Assembly (NCBI GenBank): GCA_032718475.1
Contig: JAUCBJ010001051.1
Coordinates: 1-64,000, forward strand
Source of the DNA: Nemertoderma westbladi
Taxonomy: Eukaryota; Animalia; Xenacoelomorpha
DNA: 64,000 nucleotides
Reading direction: 5' to 3'
Shown here piece by piece: positions 45,901 through 57,628 of the stretch (position 1 is the first letter of the stretch; each line of letters opens with the position of its first letter). The notes beneath the pieces are model-generated. The model was not told the DNA's origin. It saw nothing but the letters and a program-made list of their open reading frames with translations, and searched no databases. Both the position numbers and the translations under genes were made by a program.

Positions 45901-48900
45901 CTCTGTTGTCATTCGCAGTGGTTCGCACTACGGAGCAGGCGTTGGAAGGGCTAGATATGATCCCAAAAGCCTGGATGGTCATCCAGTACTCTACCGGTTT
46001 CTGGTTGAGGTCTCCTTCAGGCCACCACAGAAATCTCAGGCTGTCTCTATCTCTATCCAGCGCCTTGACTTGTAAGAACATTCCTTCGATATCGGAAGCG
46101 AACGCGATGGAATATTGTCTTAATCTCAAAAGTATTCCCAACAAAGATTGGAGTAAGTTGGGTCCGGGTAACAACTCGGAATTAAGGGATTGGCCCATAT
46201 ATAGAGCAGAGCCATCGAATACGACTCGTACTTCATGGGGTTTACCGGGTTTGGGAACGTAATGATGTGTTAAGTAATACGTTCTCTCGGTCACTGGTGT
46301 TCCTTCCGGTACTAGCTCCGCGTATCCCTTTGTTATAAATTTCTTCAGCTGAGTTTGATACATTTCTTTGGCTGAAGTATTAGCCGTAAGGCGTCGATGT
46401 AATTGAGCGATTCTTTTCTCTGCCAAGGGTCTGTTATTTATAAATCTAGGTTCTCGTTTTCGAAATGGCAGGCCGATTTCATACCTACCTTGGTCTTTTA
46501 AAAAACGTGTAGTTGTTTCCTGGATTTGCTTGTCTCTTTCTTCTTCTATCGATAGAGCCTTATCATATGAATTGGGCTCTACCAGTTCCTGAGTAAAGAA
46601 TCGTACGGCCAGTTCGTCCCGAGTTCTAGCGTTGCAGCGCTCTATCTCATCGTTGAGTTCGTCATTGTAAGCGATGGGTTCCGATGGGCGAATCAGTTGA
46701 CACAGGTTCACTTCATCTTTCCAAGTTTGGTTTTCTGTAAGGAGGTCGATGGTGTTTTCTTCATCGAATAGTTGATAAGTGTCATCGTTATCTGAGGAGT
46801 ATGGTGTTCCCTCAGTTAGTTCGTCCACCTCACTGTTCTCCTCGCACCAATCACTCACTTGGTATACTCGTTCTTGGGGTCTTCTCTCTTCGAGAGTCCT
46901 GCGGGAAGGGCCAGTAAAGTACCAACCTACTCTAGTTCTTACCGCATAGGGTTGCAGAGGCTGCGGTTGAGCAGGCCGTTTCTCCAATGTTTCGAGCGCC
47001 TCGTGCGCGTTTTGGCCGATGAGTATTTGCACTCCAGGATAATCTGTTTGGAATCGAGGTACCTTAAGATGTTGGATGCTCTCATCCTCGTCCCAATTAT
47101 ATAGGTCTGCTTGAGTAGTAGCGAAGTTCTTTATAGCCACCATTTTTACCGACCTGATACCTTGTGATCCTGATTTATCCTGGGGAGTGGACAACACACC
47201 TACATAGTACTCTGCCGTTAGGGTAGATTTCCAAACCTGCATAATTCCTGACATATTCAATTTTGTCCGGAATTTGGGTTGTCCAGCAAAGATGTCTTCG
47301 GCTAATTCTTGATCTATGAATGTTCCTGTGCTGCCGGAGTCAAGGAGTGCATTCACTATGTAACTGTGGTTTGGTCCGTGAACTCTTACTTGCACTACAG
47401 GAAATTCTCTGATTCCTACATTGGAAGTTGGAGTTTTCCAAGATGGTTGTTTGTCAAAGGTAGTTGGGGGAAACTCATTGGTGGTGTCCTTTTCATAAGT
47501 AAGTGCTCGATACACTGCGGTATTAATTAGATAACAGGATTCGTTGGTGTCGGAGAATTCGTCAGTATAGAATCCTTCCATCTCAGACTCCTGATCAGTG
47601 TCATTTACATCACTGAATTGGACATGCAGTTCGGGCTCGCTTACCTGACTCTGTTTGTCTCGTTCGAACTCACTGTGTAACAAGATGTGATGTTTCGCGC
47701 CACACTTTTCACACTTTATGTCGGAGTAACAGGTTCGCCGTTGGTGTCCTGGTCTGAGGCAATTATAGCATAACCGCTTGTCCCACACAACTGTACGTCT
47801 ATCTACAAGGGATTTCTTTAGAAATTCCGCACACGCACTCAAACGGTGGGTCCCGTCGCACAGCGCACAGTTAGGTTTTATGTTACTTACTTTACCTTGG
47901 GTAACCTGATGCACTCTCGTTCTTTCTTCGGGCTTTCTTCCGCGCATTCTGTTAGGAGACTGAGGAGGGGTCTTGGCAACCTGTTCTCTCCTATCGTGGT
48001 TTCGAGCCTTGTATTTACTTACATCTTTTGAGTTTTTGTCAACGTAGTAAGATCTCTCAGTATCTTTCCCGCTGTCCTCTTCTTGCGAAGCTTGGCTTTC
48101 GCCGTCGTCAGTGTAACACACCGGTGTTACTCTTCTCCTAGAAGCGGGTTTCTCACTTACCTTATTTTCCGATGTTTTCTCTCTGGACTGCTTGATGAGT
48201 TGTAGTTTCACCTCACCATCTAAGAAGGTCATGAGATCCGCCATGGTAGGACTTCGTCGTTGTTGTTCATTCATGTACAACACTTTCTTGTCCCAGCGCG
48301 TACATACTCCACCCTTTGGTAAAGTAGAGACTACGGCTCCAATAACCATGGAACTCTGGTATTCATGAGACTTACCTAACCAGTCCAATTGTCGACAGAT
48401 CTCCTGAATTTCATCGGAAAACTCTATAATCCCGCTACTAAGGAAGTGTCGGGGGGCTACTAGTTTTGCATACAAATACTTAGCTATGTTATCCTTGTTA
48501 CCATACCTGATGTTTAATGTATCCCAAACTTGTCTCAATCCTTCTGGATGTCCAATAAACTTTAACGCCATTAACTTGGGAGGTCCTTCCAAGCACTTGA
48601 TGAGGAATCTAAGTTTCTCTCCGTTAGATAGTACAGAGTTTTGTATGCTATCTTTGTAATATTCGTTGAAAGGTAACCATTTCATCTCATCTCCATTGAA
48701 TTTGACGATCTCTCCCACTTTGACCGCTTGGCGGGCTTCTGTTCTAGCCATCTGACGCGTAAAGCTTTCTTGGGCCATCGTGTTATTTAATATCGAATTA
48801 TCGGTATATAAATTTCTCGGATCATTATCAGGTCTATAGGGAATATCATTAACAACAGGTCTATATTCACCCTTAATAGGGTTTGTTATAGGGGTTTCTA

Positions 48901-51130
48901 CTTCACTAGCAGTATAGATGCGTGTAGGCTCCACACCTTGCGCATGTAATACTTCAGACCTAACAGGTTGGCACAATGTTACAGGGGGTATTGGTATGCC
49001 CTTTTGTATATTGACTAATTTGTCGCGTTCTAGCGCGATACTTTGCTGCACTTCTTGCAATTCGGCCCTACCTTCCCTTACTGTTCCCTTAAGCTGGTGG
49101 ACAGTCTCCTGCATCTGTCCGAGCAGGAGGTTCATCCCCCGCCGTCCCTCCTCTACCCACTCAACCGCCGAAGCGGGAGTCGCCAACATTGTAGCGGGCT
49201 GACGCGGGACGACGGGAGACAAATCTTTGATTCCTCTCTCAATGCTCAGGACAGGGGTATTCGCATGGACTGTTCCACCGGGTACAGGCAGTGTAGTACT
49301 GTGTAAGGGGAATTTAGAGCTAAGCTCTGGAAGTACAGGGGTCTCTAGCACAGAAGTGACTTTGGGAACAACAGGCCTAATTATCTCAGGTTCATCAACT
49401 ATGGTAGGGAGTCTGTTGACAGTAATAATTCGGTCTGTGGGTTCTGTACTACCTACTGTTGTGCTAGCTAATTGTCTTCTAACAGCCGGGGGCAAATCAG
49501 GCAATTTATGACGGTGAGATGTTTTTCTACGCCTGCTTAGACGAGATCTATTTCCTCCACCTTCAGGATCGGTGGTATCCCCTTCCTCCGATGATGTATA
49601 GCCTTGGCGTTTGGAAGTAGATAGACTCATCATCTGCATTCGACTGTCTGTTAACTGCCTACCGATGCTGTCTTGCGTCTCCTGCAGATTTTCCAACTCC
49701 AGCTGGGCGGTCTCCTCAGACGCTCTCTGTACTGCTTCTGCCACTGCCTCCGCCGCCTTTCTTTCCGCCTTTCTGTCTGCTTCTGCCTTGGCCTCTGCTG
49801 ACTTTATTTCCGCTTTTCTGTCTGCTTCTGCCTTTGCCTCTGCTGACTTTATTTCCGCTTTTCTGTCTGCTTCTGCCTTTGCCTCTGCTGACTTTATTTC
49901 CGCTTTTCTGTCTGCTTCTGCTGTTGCCAATGCCGCTGCTATTGCTGCTGCCTTTTTGTCTTCAATCCGCCTTTTCTTTACTTGTTCTTCTTGGACTTTA
50001 GTGAGGCGGAGTTTTTCATCAAATTCAGCTTGGTTAGCAGCTAACATTTCAGCATCGATTGAGTCTAACACACGCTGGGTTCCTTCACTATTAGGGGAAA
50101 GTCCAGACAGTCGTCGCCTCAACTCTTCGTCTCCTAGGAATCGCTGATAGTCGGACAGGTAAATGTCGATGGCGTCTCTCGTTCGTGGCTTTTCTGCGGT
50201 CTCTTCGCCTTCCACTTGAGAAAGGGTGGCATCGGTTGGTTCTTCATAAGTTAGTCTCTCAGACAGCTGGGATTTCCACTGGTCCGTTTCTTGCACTTTG
50301 CGACCTACCCGCTGGAACCAAGTCTTAACAGAAACCTGCAGCGACGTGTCCTGTCTTCTTTTGGAAGTTTCCTCAAAGGCTGATAGGATTATTCTAATAC
50401 GTAGGGTTCTTTCACGTACTTGATATAGCAGCTCTTCCTGCTCTTGAGGTCCCTGTGGTTGTCGAAACAGTTGTTCTTCTAATCGCTCTAAGGAGCCGAA
50501 GAACCCTTGCACATATCCTGCTGCCGACCTCTTCCAAACAGCTGGATCCATTGTATCTTTAGTCACTCCCATCCGGTGGATATCTTCCCAAGTAGCTTCG
50601 GACAGATCTAATGGGAGTCCGGGTCCAGGAAAGTTCCATTGTGATTCGACAATAGACATCAATTCTTCCCTGGCGTATCCCGCATAATTATCTTGGGTCG
50701 CTCTCTTATTTCTCGCCCAATCGGCTTGATGTTCCTCCACCGCAATCAATATAGTGGTTAGCACTGCGGCAGGAAGGGTGAGAAGGGGGTCCGAGTAGGC
50801 TGTAGCCGCCATCTGCAATCCGCGTTCGGGGGTCAGCTCAACAGTATCCGAACTACTGGAGCTATCGGATCGCTGGGAACAAGTTTCTTGACTAGGCGGT
50901 TGCTGCTGTGGGACAGCTGCTTCCTGGTTCCGTTTGACTTGGGCCCGAGTGCCGATGATAGACCTACGATGTTGGATTAGCCTAGGGTCTGATACTACTG
51001 GTGGGGGAATGACCTTTCTTTCAGTAGGAGGTGAGCTGAACTCCTTTCTTAATCGCTCCACACTCCTATCTGTGTCACAGATGGTTGTATCGATTAGACT
51101 ATCTGACAGGTTTTGCTGAGTGTCAGACAT
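42971..51130 (-). CDS. BEL/Pao gag-pol polyprotein, 2719 aa
   Basis: Triple Cys/His knuckle (CALCDGTH, CYNCLRPGH, CEKCGAKHHILLH); ALLDSGS protease; RVVFDGS, SDIEGMFLQV, YMDD RT; FGDAS, VPRAEL RNase H; GVDLFGP, SDKGTNF, GGSWERLI integrase. Confidence 0.97.
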   Translation of the reverse strand: MSDTQQNLSDSLIDTTICDTDRSVERLRKEFSSPPTERKVIPPPVVSDPRLIQHRRSIIGTRAQVKRNQEAAVPQQQPPSQETCSQRSDSSSSSDTVELTPERGLQMAATAYSDPLLTLPAAVLTTILIAVEEHQADWARNKRATQDNYAGYAREELMSIVESQWNFPGPGLPLDLSEATWEDIHRMGVTKDTMDPAVWKRSAAGYVQGFFGSLERLEEQLFRQPQGPQEQEELLYQVRERTLRIRIILSAFEETSKRRQDTSLQVSVKTWFQRVGRKVQETDQWKSQLSERLTYEEPTDATLSQVEGEETAEKPRTRDAIDIYLSDYQRFLGDEELRRRLSGLSPNSEGTQRVLDSIDAEMLAANQAEFDEKLRLTKVQEEQVKKRRIEDKKAAAIAAALATAEADRKAEIKSAEAKAEADRKAEIKSAEAKAEADRKAEIKSAEAKAEADRKAERKAAEAVAEAVQRASEETAQLELENLQETQDSIGRQLTDSRMQMMSLSTSKRQGYTSSEEGDTTDPEGGGNRSRLSRRRKTSHRHKLPDLPPAVRRQLASTTVGSTEPTDRIITVNRLPTIVDEPEIIRPVVPKVTSVLETPVLPELSSKFPLHSTTLPVPGGTVHANTPVLSIERGIKDLSPVVPRQPATMLATPASAVEWVEEGRRGMNLLLGQMQETVHQLKGTVREGRAELQEVQQSIALERDKLVNIQKGIPIPPVTLCQPVRSEVLHAQGVEPTRIYTASEVETPITNPIKGEYRPVVNDIPYRPDNDPRNLYTDNSILNNTMAQESFTRQMARTEARQAVKVGEIVKFNGDEMKWLPFNEYYKDSIQNSVLSNGEKLRFLIKCLEGPPKLMALKFIGHPEGLRQVWDTLNIRYGNKDNIAKYLYAKLVAPRHFLSSGIIEFSDEIQEICRQLDWLGKSHEYQSSMVIGAVVSTLPKGGVCTRWDKKVLYMNEQQRRSPTMADLMTFLDGEVKLQLIKQSREKTSENKVSEKPASRRRVTPVCYTDDGESQASQEEDSGKDTERSYYVDKNSKDVSKYKARNHDRREQVAKTPPQSPNRMRGRKPEERTRVHQVTQGKVSNIKPNCALCDGTHRLSACAEFLKKSLVDRRTVVWDKRLCYNCLRPGHQRRTCYSDIKCEKCGAKHHILLHSEFERDKQSQVSEPELHVQFSDVNDTDQESEMEGFYTDEFSDTNESCYLINTAVYRALTYEKDTTNEFPPTTFDKQPSWKTPTSNVGIREFPVVQVRVHGPNHSYIVNALLDSGSTGTFIDQELAEDIFAGQPKFRTKLNMSGIMQVWKSTLTAEYYVGVLSTPQDKSGSQGIRSVKMVAIKNFATTQADLYNWDEDESIQHLKVPRFQTDYPGVQILIGQNAHEALETLEKRPAQPQPLQPYAVRTRVGWYFTGPSRRTLEERRPQERVYQVSDWCEENSEVDELTEGTPYSSDNDDTYQLFDEENTIDLLTENQTWKDEVNLCQLIRPSEPIAYNDELNDEIERCNARTRDELAVRFFTQELVEPNSYDKALSIEEERDKQIQETTTRFLKDQGRYEIGLPFRKREPRFINNRPLAEKRIAQLHRRLTANTSAKEMYQTQLKKFITKGYAELVPEGTPVTERTYYLTHHYVPKPGKPHEVRVVFDGSALYMGQSLNSELLPGPNLLQSLLGILLRLRQYSIAFASDIEGMFLQVKALDRDRDSLRFLWWPEGDLNQKPVEYWMTIQAFGIISSPSNACSVVRTTANDNRDSFSKEVIDNIKRNIYMDDNLRSLPAVEEAIAVAKGMVECLKRGGFRLTKFTSNSREFLEAIPVEDRGAKDLDLIKDDLPETKTLGLKWDTERDILFFQLKQRDNPVRTKRICLSILSTYFDPLGFISPVILIARSLVQQMWLENHSWDDPLKGELLKKWMKWEDSLPAIENFIISRAYFGHVLPTYSYQLHVFGDASDMGIGIVAYLRVETPEGIKVALVTSKALINNKLKVPRAELKAALYATAIGRNVTEQIDYPLEKTVYWTDALLVLEYLTNEVCQFSVFVTNRVAIILSRTKIDQWRHCPGMINPANIASRGATPQELIDTPDWLSGPDFLSKEEDEWPPHLTTAEIRQAKGAETVKPKTRASKSKLFKPTIDLSVLQVSGNDDSDPQSLAINKSVAEIRDRDWKSGIPDVSQGISPLLQRAMHHYSSWNRLCKAVTYLKRCFHHHYSRTKTTSDNAPLTSAQVHVIKNLPKYKVSDSFLKEKISHQEHEETNKQILRLLQCYEDSEKYCLLLRNPQMRLRDRFSSTMIDGLIRVGGRLTNAPLSFDTKFPILIRNLEVQIKMIVDVHSKLYHAGRERVLSEIRTRYYFDKPRRALNQVLRNCIPCRKVFSRPLTQREAELPRERVSFYEPPFTNTGVDLFGPIEVYRARTIVKRWCVIFVCMTCRAIHLDMVNDLSTNSFVLSLRRQIARFGTSNTMRSDKGTNFIGANNEIQAYVKDWNQRQVDDQLRITASSWTFNAADAPWWGGSWERLIRSVKTAFHFIVPCRAYLTDELLRTLMEEIAAYLNERPLMPVSSSPDSLEALTPAHFLLKKPVAMLPRSEIADGDEYCRRTWQLMQLLSRRFADHFEKHYLPTLQLRTKWFAQQENVSAGDMVLIVDPDLPRKRWQTGRIIETHISEDGLVRSVELIVMRRNFKKPGIIFETQQLNRPVGRLCLLERDRELSGNYGKQDTLPTTTSLIPQTARDSQT
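49760..49922 (-). repeat. In-frame 45-bp tandem repeat in the gag N-terminal extension
   Basis: (AEADRKAEIKSAEAK) x ~3.5. Confidence 0.9.
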
Positions 51131-53066
51131 GTTTAGCTATACAGTTGAATGCTTACTGCTATAGTTACAGTTAAAGCAAGTCTAGTAGTTCAGTATGACC
51201 ATTGGCCTAGTACCGGTAATTACAGTATTAGAATACCGGTATATACTTATAGTATATATAAGTATTGCAAACTAGGTTTGTCACAGAGTACCGGTATATA
51301 AATTTAGCACAAATATATATAAATATATAATAGGCCTATCGTGAATACCGGTATACAGCTTACACTTATAGTATATATAAGTATAATTATGAACTAGAAT
51401 TAATTACAGAATACCGGTATGATTTTACTCAAATTTATAGAAATAAATATAATAAGCCTATGGTAAATACCGGTATGTCAACTATTTTAGAATAATTGAA
51501 TTTCTGAATATTTAGGGCCACTTGGTTACTTTAACTTACTTTGTTACCGTTATTTAAGCAGTAGTCCAACTGATTTTGAGACCTAGTTGTTGTATGGCAG
51601 GCCTACTACTTATAAATCGTTTGAGTTGATTTATAATATATATATACCCGTTTAAATGGGTTTTGTCAATATTTGAAATAAATGTTATTATTTCTGGGGG
51701 GTCACTACACAGAAGCTATGCGCTCTCAGTGAAGTGCTACCTATGGGACACTAAAACAGATAATTCTAATTTACCTAAGTTACTTAATACTACAATTACT
51801 TACGATACGGGTGAGATTAAATCTCTAATTAAACTCAACAAAAATATTACGTACGAAATTTTTAGGGTAATTTTACAGGAAGTCTACAAACCAGCCTAAC
51901 AAAGGGTTAGAATTCTGGTTATTACAACGGACAGGGTACTACGGTATTTTAAAATAATAAGTAGTAGTAAATACACTGCGTTGTCCAGATAGGAAAGTAC
52001 CACCGCCTGACGACCTATAACCGTATCGCTATAGGTACTACGTTATGTATCACGGATTGTTCCTACCTAGAAGTTAATTACCGCGGACTACCAGATCCAG
52101 CGTGCCTATTAACCACTTTACAACACAAATATACTGCCTACATACTAATTACTTCGGAAAGCACTGTACACTAAACCCTAAATTAGGTACAAGTACTGGT
52201 ACAACAAATAATCAGTAGTTAAATATACTTGAACAGTTAAAAGAACCACGGCATCTGCTGGAGTGACCGGAGCACAAAGTCACCAGTCTTTACCTACGCC
52301 AAGCAGCCCGTGTAGTACCGGGGTTAATTTAACTATAACGGTATGTATAACAAACACAATTACTGTAGGAATAAACTTGGGGACATGAATGTTGCGAATA
52401 ATCGCATAAACTCTGAATAATAAATATTACGCTACCCGTACAGAATACTCAAATAAAATACAAACCAAACGCTGGCAGACTACCACCAAGCCTAAATAAA
52501 CTACTGTATGTGCAGATTCCAAAATCGTTAGTTAGTATGCGTTCTAACACGGTAGTACGACTTATTCTTTAAGAGGGGATTGACCTTACAGCAATGGCTG
52601 CCCCAACTTACTAACTGGCGCTCTATCGGACAAACTCTACACACGCCGTAATCTCTCCAAACCCAACAACAATCCGACAACAATCCGGCCTACAGTTATC
52701 TGAACAATCTGAGCAGACTTACACGTCTTCAGCTCAATATTAACTTACTAGGAAATAAAACTGACCGAAATAGACCTAAGTAAAATCCCAATAAAAACCA
52801 GGCGTCCCCGATTTAATATCGAGACCTACCGGTATACAATAATCAAATCGAATAATACTAATGTACTTATACTGGAAGTACCGGTTAGGACAGTTGGGCC
52901 TACGGACCTACCGAAGTACCGGTTCTGGCAGTTGGACCTACGGACCTACGGCAGTACCGGTTCTGGCAGTTGGGCCTACTGACCTACAGAAGTACCGGTT
53001 CAGGTTTACCGGTCGACCGGTACTTTCAACTTTATTGCTTACTGCAATAAAGTCAATGACTGTTAT

Positions 53067-54352
53067 TGTACGCGCTTTTGAAGACCTTTAGCAGTTTAAC
53101 CTGCCAAAATTTATATGTCTTTTGGTTTATCAATATACTTTAGAAGATGACAAATATTTAATACCAATAAACACAACATTAGCAGAAGCCAGCCTAGTGC
53201 GCGTCCATTCACCCGCTGGATATACCCGGGAGACTGGATTCTGAGGGCTTAGATTATTATTGCAGTGAAGCCTACTGTATTATTCGATTGATCGTTAATA
53301 AATAATTTCTGACTAATATTATTCACTTTCGGGAAATATTAACAGTTCCTTTAGGACGTGGCGCTCTATCTAAGTAAACAGAGATATGACTTATACTAAT
53401 CACAACGGTAAGTCGGTAAGGCTTATAATTCACGTATGAGGCGCATTCTTTAGGAAATGCTTAGTTATCAGTCACAATCAGGCACACTACCGGTAACACA
53501 CAATACTGCTCACTAATTTGCCGACCGTCAATGTATTTTATCATATATAAAGCGAACAGCAATTGACTCTTGTAGTGCTTATCAAATAGCATTAAATTCA
53601 ATACAAACCACAACAATATAAGTCGCAATCGCTATATATAACCCGCCTCTCTAACCTGTAGTGTATCAAGAAAATTGGGAAATTTGGGTTCTTTATAAAC
53701 GTTCTCCAAATAATCTTCAATCAACTGATATAAAATATGACAACAGTAAAAACATTAAGACGGTAGGTTAGGATATGATATGAACCGATATGTACAGTGA
53801 TATGTACTGAGTGTCCAAATTGTGCCGTGATATGAATTGATTTGTGTTATGAATTGCATTGATAACAGTCATACGCTCTATAATCTTAAGCCTACTAATG
53901 TTTCTTTCTAGAGCCGTTGTTTCTGGCTTAGACAGCAATAACAACAAAGTATCAGTAAAAAAACTGTAAGACTGAACAATCCCAGTATGATCGGCTCAAA
54001 GCTCCACATCGACAGAGAAAATCGCTCTGATTGGCTGAAGCCAAACAAAGAACCATGCGTCCAATGGCTGTTTCCATTTAAGCAACCAGCTGTTAGATGT
54101 CGTAATCTGAATCATCACGGCTAAGCTGTGTAAAAGTATTTGCCGTATTGCGGGTTTTTTGCCTTACCATGTCCGCTAAAACACGTATATAGAAGAATGA
54201 CTTTTATGTCCGTTAAAAACACCTGTAACGGTACCTTGCGGGCAAGGGGAATATATATACAGTTAGAGAACCCTTTTAGAGTATTCCAGCGCCTAGGGGG
54301 AAACTGGATTGCGAAGCAAAGGGGCCAGTTATATCCCACAGAAGCTTTTACA
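53067..54352 (-). repeat. BEL 5' LTR (1286 bp)
   Basis: Matches 30998-32282. I noticed only one extra A (~53960) and one A/G substitution (~54011). Confidence 0.95.
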
Positions 54353-54548
54353 ATGGTCATAAATTCGTATTTGCGTCACTATACTGGCAGTCTGGCAGTG
54401 GCATACTGGTACCTATTTTGTCTGCGGACTTAGCGAGAAAGCTATGATTAATTAAAAAAATAAATACTACAAAATAAAATGGCAATATTTACATTACTGT
54501 ACATTACTAACCTAAACTACTGTATACTGTATACCATGCTGCCATATG

Positions 54549-55254
54549 CAGTGCTGTTCAACTAATTTTGTAGTGACAATTTAACTAAACCCAACTAAAT
54601 AATTAAAAATGACTAGTTAACTAACTTTTTCAACTAATTCTGAGGTGTCTAGTTAAATAAAAGTTAAAAAGTTAACTAAAACTTAACTAAAACACAATTT
54701 TGAAAAATACATGTAACCATAGCAACAGGTTGTTATACAACAATTACGATATCGACAGTCACTGGGCCCAAACCACAGTCAGTCGTTTTTGATGGACAGC
54801 ACTGTTACAATAGCAACATGTTCAGAAATAGGTGTTATTGCTTTCAAAACCCAAACGCTTTATTATTTATCCATATACAGTATATATAAATTTATAATAT
54901 AAATCTTTATATTATATAGGTAGGTAACCGGTAGGTACATTAGCACTACTGCACTAGAAGTAGAACTAGGCAACCATGGCCTCTGATAGGGTGATAGGTA
55001 AACGGCAAATAGGCCTCTGATAGAGAGGCCATTACTTTTAAGAAGACCGAATAGTACAGTGTGATCGGTAATGGTGGTATGGCTAAGGTTTGGAATTTAG
55101 TTAGAATTTAGTTGAAAGTTCAACTATTTTTCTTCAAAAAACGCTTTAACTAACTAAATTCGTCGCGACAAATTAACTAAAACCACTTTAACTAAATAAC
55201 ACCAAATGACAACTTAACTAGTTGACCTTTCAACTATGTAGTTTAACAGCACTG
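54549..55254. mobile_element. hAT-like MITE (second copy at 62844-63549)
   Basis: TIR cagtgctgttcaacta / tagtttaacagcactg; perfect 8-bp TSD gccatatg. Confidence 0.85.
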
Positions 55255-56616
55255 GCCATATGAGCAGAGCATATGACTATGAATAGATCATAGATGATAG
55301 AGATAGAACATCATGGACCCAAACACCAAGACAGCCAGACCCAGACCCAATAGGTACTGAATAGGCCTACTGGAATAGCAGACATCAGGACACAGCTGCA
55401 TAATGCAGTAGTGTAGTGTATATATCAGTATATCGGTATTTAAATCAAAACTGCACTGTTATGGCTGTATGGACTGTGACTGGCTGAGTGGTACATACAT
55501 CAGTACATACAGACATACATATTACATAATTACAATGCAACATTATTTTAATGATCAATTTATTAATTATTATAAGTATTATAAGCAGGGATCGCACACG
55601 TACAGTCAGACATAGTAGTTACTTTTTGCGGTTGTGGTATGGCTTTGTAGTAGCTTGCTTTAGTGATATTAATTTCATTGATTTTTACATTAGGTAAATT
55701 ATTGATGACGTGGTATACTACTAAAGTTCAATGGTGAGAGGTAAATAAAAAAGTCTCTCATTGGCCGTATTCCAACCACTAAAAAGGAGGCTAGGGAATA
55801 CTATAAGTGGATACAATAAATGAACACGGCAGGGTGGTTGTTATAGATTTTATAAAGCTTTGAGTAGGGCGGCGCATTGCTAATAAAATGTGAGTTTTAG
55901 TCGCAAAGAAGCGTGTCGCTCCCAGAAAGTGGGACTTGCGTCTAATATTTACACTAGAGTTACACTTTCTAATAAGTCCACTACTCCAAACAGACCCAAC
56001 AAGTCATTTCTTTTGAAGCTAACGTAACTTCGTTATAGTTTCTTTCTCTCAGTTTCCGTATGCCTCTCCTCCATCCGATTTTACGCTTCTCTCGCTGGAT
56101 GTCCTATACCTGTAGATGTAATTACCACCCTTTGATGATATCTCGAGAAACGATCATACTATTTTTAATGTGATTGTACAGTTTGGTAAACTGAATCAGG
56201 CGATATATCATCATAATTTCGGATGACACGTACCAGTGAAATCAGTCTTTAAAAAAAAATTCAAACCAATATCAATGTACATATACAGATACACCCCGAC
56301 ACACAAATAAAGATACGTTTTTGACAGCAATAAGCCTAAAGGGCTTCTAATAATTAATTTCAATGAAAGGACACGCTGAAAATGCCGTTTATCACAGAAA
56401 TTAACACAAATACTGTAACTGCTATTATCTTAGCTTCTCAAAGGCTACACGTAAATTCTACTTGGAAAATTTATAAACTTTTCTCAGACTACATGTGTAC
56501 CAAGTTTGGTTAAATTTCATTAACATTTGGCTGAGTTATTAACGTTTAAAATTAAAAATTTAAATTAAATAAATTAAAAAACAAGCGTGTACCAAGTTTG
56601 GATAGATTCCATCGAT

Positions 56617-56885
56617 ACGGTGTCCCAAAGAGGCCACCGTACTATTTTTTCGAGAGTAAACTTTCTTTTTCTCATTTTATACAGCAATCAAATTGACTTT
56701 TGACATCTCATTATGTAAAAATGTCATTTACAAATTGAGATATAGACATGAGATATAGACTATGTCAAGATGTTAAATTGAAAATTACAGTTTGACATTA
56801 TGACATGTCAAAATGTTAATTTAATATGTTGTATCAATTGAGAATAAGAAAGATTACTCTCTAAAAAGTACGGTGTCCTCTGACG
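56617..56885. mobile_element. Small degenerate MITE-like inverted-repeat element
   Basis: gaggccaccgtactattttttcgagagtaaactttc is inverted as gaaagattactctctaaaaagtacggtgtcctc. Confidence 0.5.
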
Positions 56886-57341
56886 GAAGCAGGTTGAGAT
56901 AGTGGTGGTACGACCCGTATGCAAAGCTCGCTTACTTTCATGGCTCGCCCCACATTGTTTGTATTATCTTGCTAAGCTGAGGTCAGGGTATCTCGACCGG
57001 CCACAACCATTGTATAACTCTTGTTGTATGTGTATTTTGGTGAAGGGGATTTTGATATAACATAGGCCTACACAGTAGATATGTTCCTGAAATGAGTCTA
57101 GTCATGTATCTGATAGTCAGAATCAGTAGTATGTATTCTGCACTACTATGCCTATTCAGCTATTGCAGTACATGTTGTATACTGCTGCACTACTTTACGC
57201 AGATATGATTACAAGATTATATATGGAGGATAGATATATTTTAGTTATACTGATATGTGTTTTTGTTATTCCGGGGTACACGAAACACAACAACTCTGAT
57301 CAGTGATCAGTGATCATGATCTTGCATGATCATAATCTTTA

Positions 57342-57628
57342 GGTTCCACCTTGGTGTAGTGGTTGCATTGAATTCACATCTCCTGTAGGTCGTGGGTTCG
57401 ATCCTCACATGGGCCAGGGCAGTTTTCGTTTCGGCACGAATGCTTTAAAGGGACCAGCCAGGGCGCATCTCTGCCTTGCATCCTTAAGTGGTAGCTAAAT
57501 GAGTGCTGGAGTTTCCTCTGGGGAGTAAAGTTCTGGGGGGACCGCACTGGAAATAAGTCGTCAGACTTTGTGCGTAATCCCTGGCCTAGTGGCCGAAGAA
57601 AATTTACTTAACTTTTTTACTTTACTTT
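57342..57628 (+). mobile_element. tRNA-derived SINE, possibly with a Deu/Nin-type central domain
   Basis: A box TGGTGTAGTGG; B box GGTTCGATCC; central gccttgcatccttaagtggtagctaaatgagt; (TTTAC)n-like tail. Confidence 0.7.

Larger units (their letters stand above)
30998..54352 (-). mobile_element. Full-length BEL/Pao LTR retrotransposon (~18.6 kb without the nested Copia)
   Basis: TG...CA LTRs at 30998-32282 and 53067-54352, near identical; ATGGT TSD at 30993-30997 and 54353-54357; short purine tract next to the 3' LTR; BEL-type gag-pol. Confidence 0.95.

Noticed and set aside
33312-51119. Numerous short antisense ORFs over the Copia and BEL genes
   Set aside because: Shadow ORFs on the opposite strand of long coding regions.
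57342-57420. Functional tRNA gene
   Set aside because: A and B boxes are present but there is no proper cloverleaf, and the sequence continues into a SINE body and simple-repeat tail.
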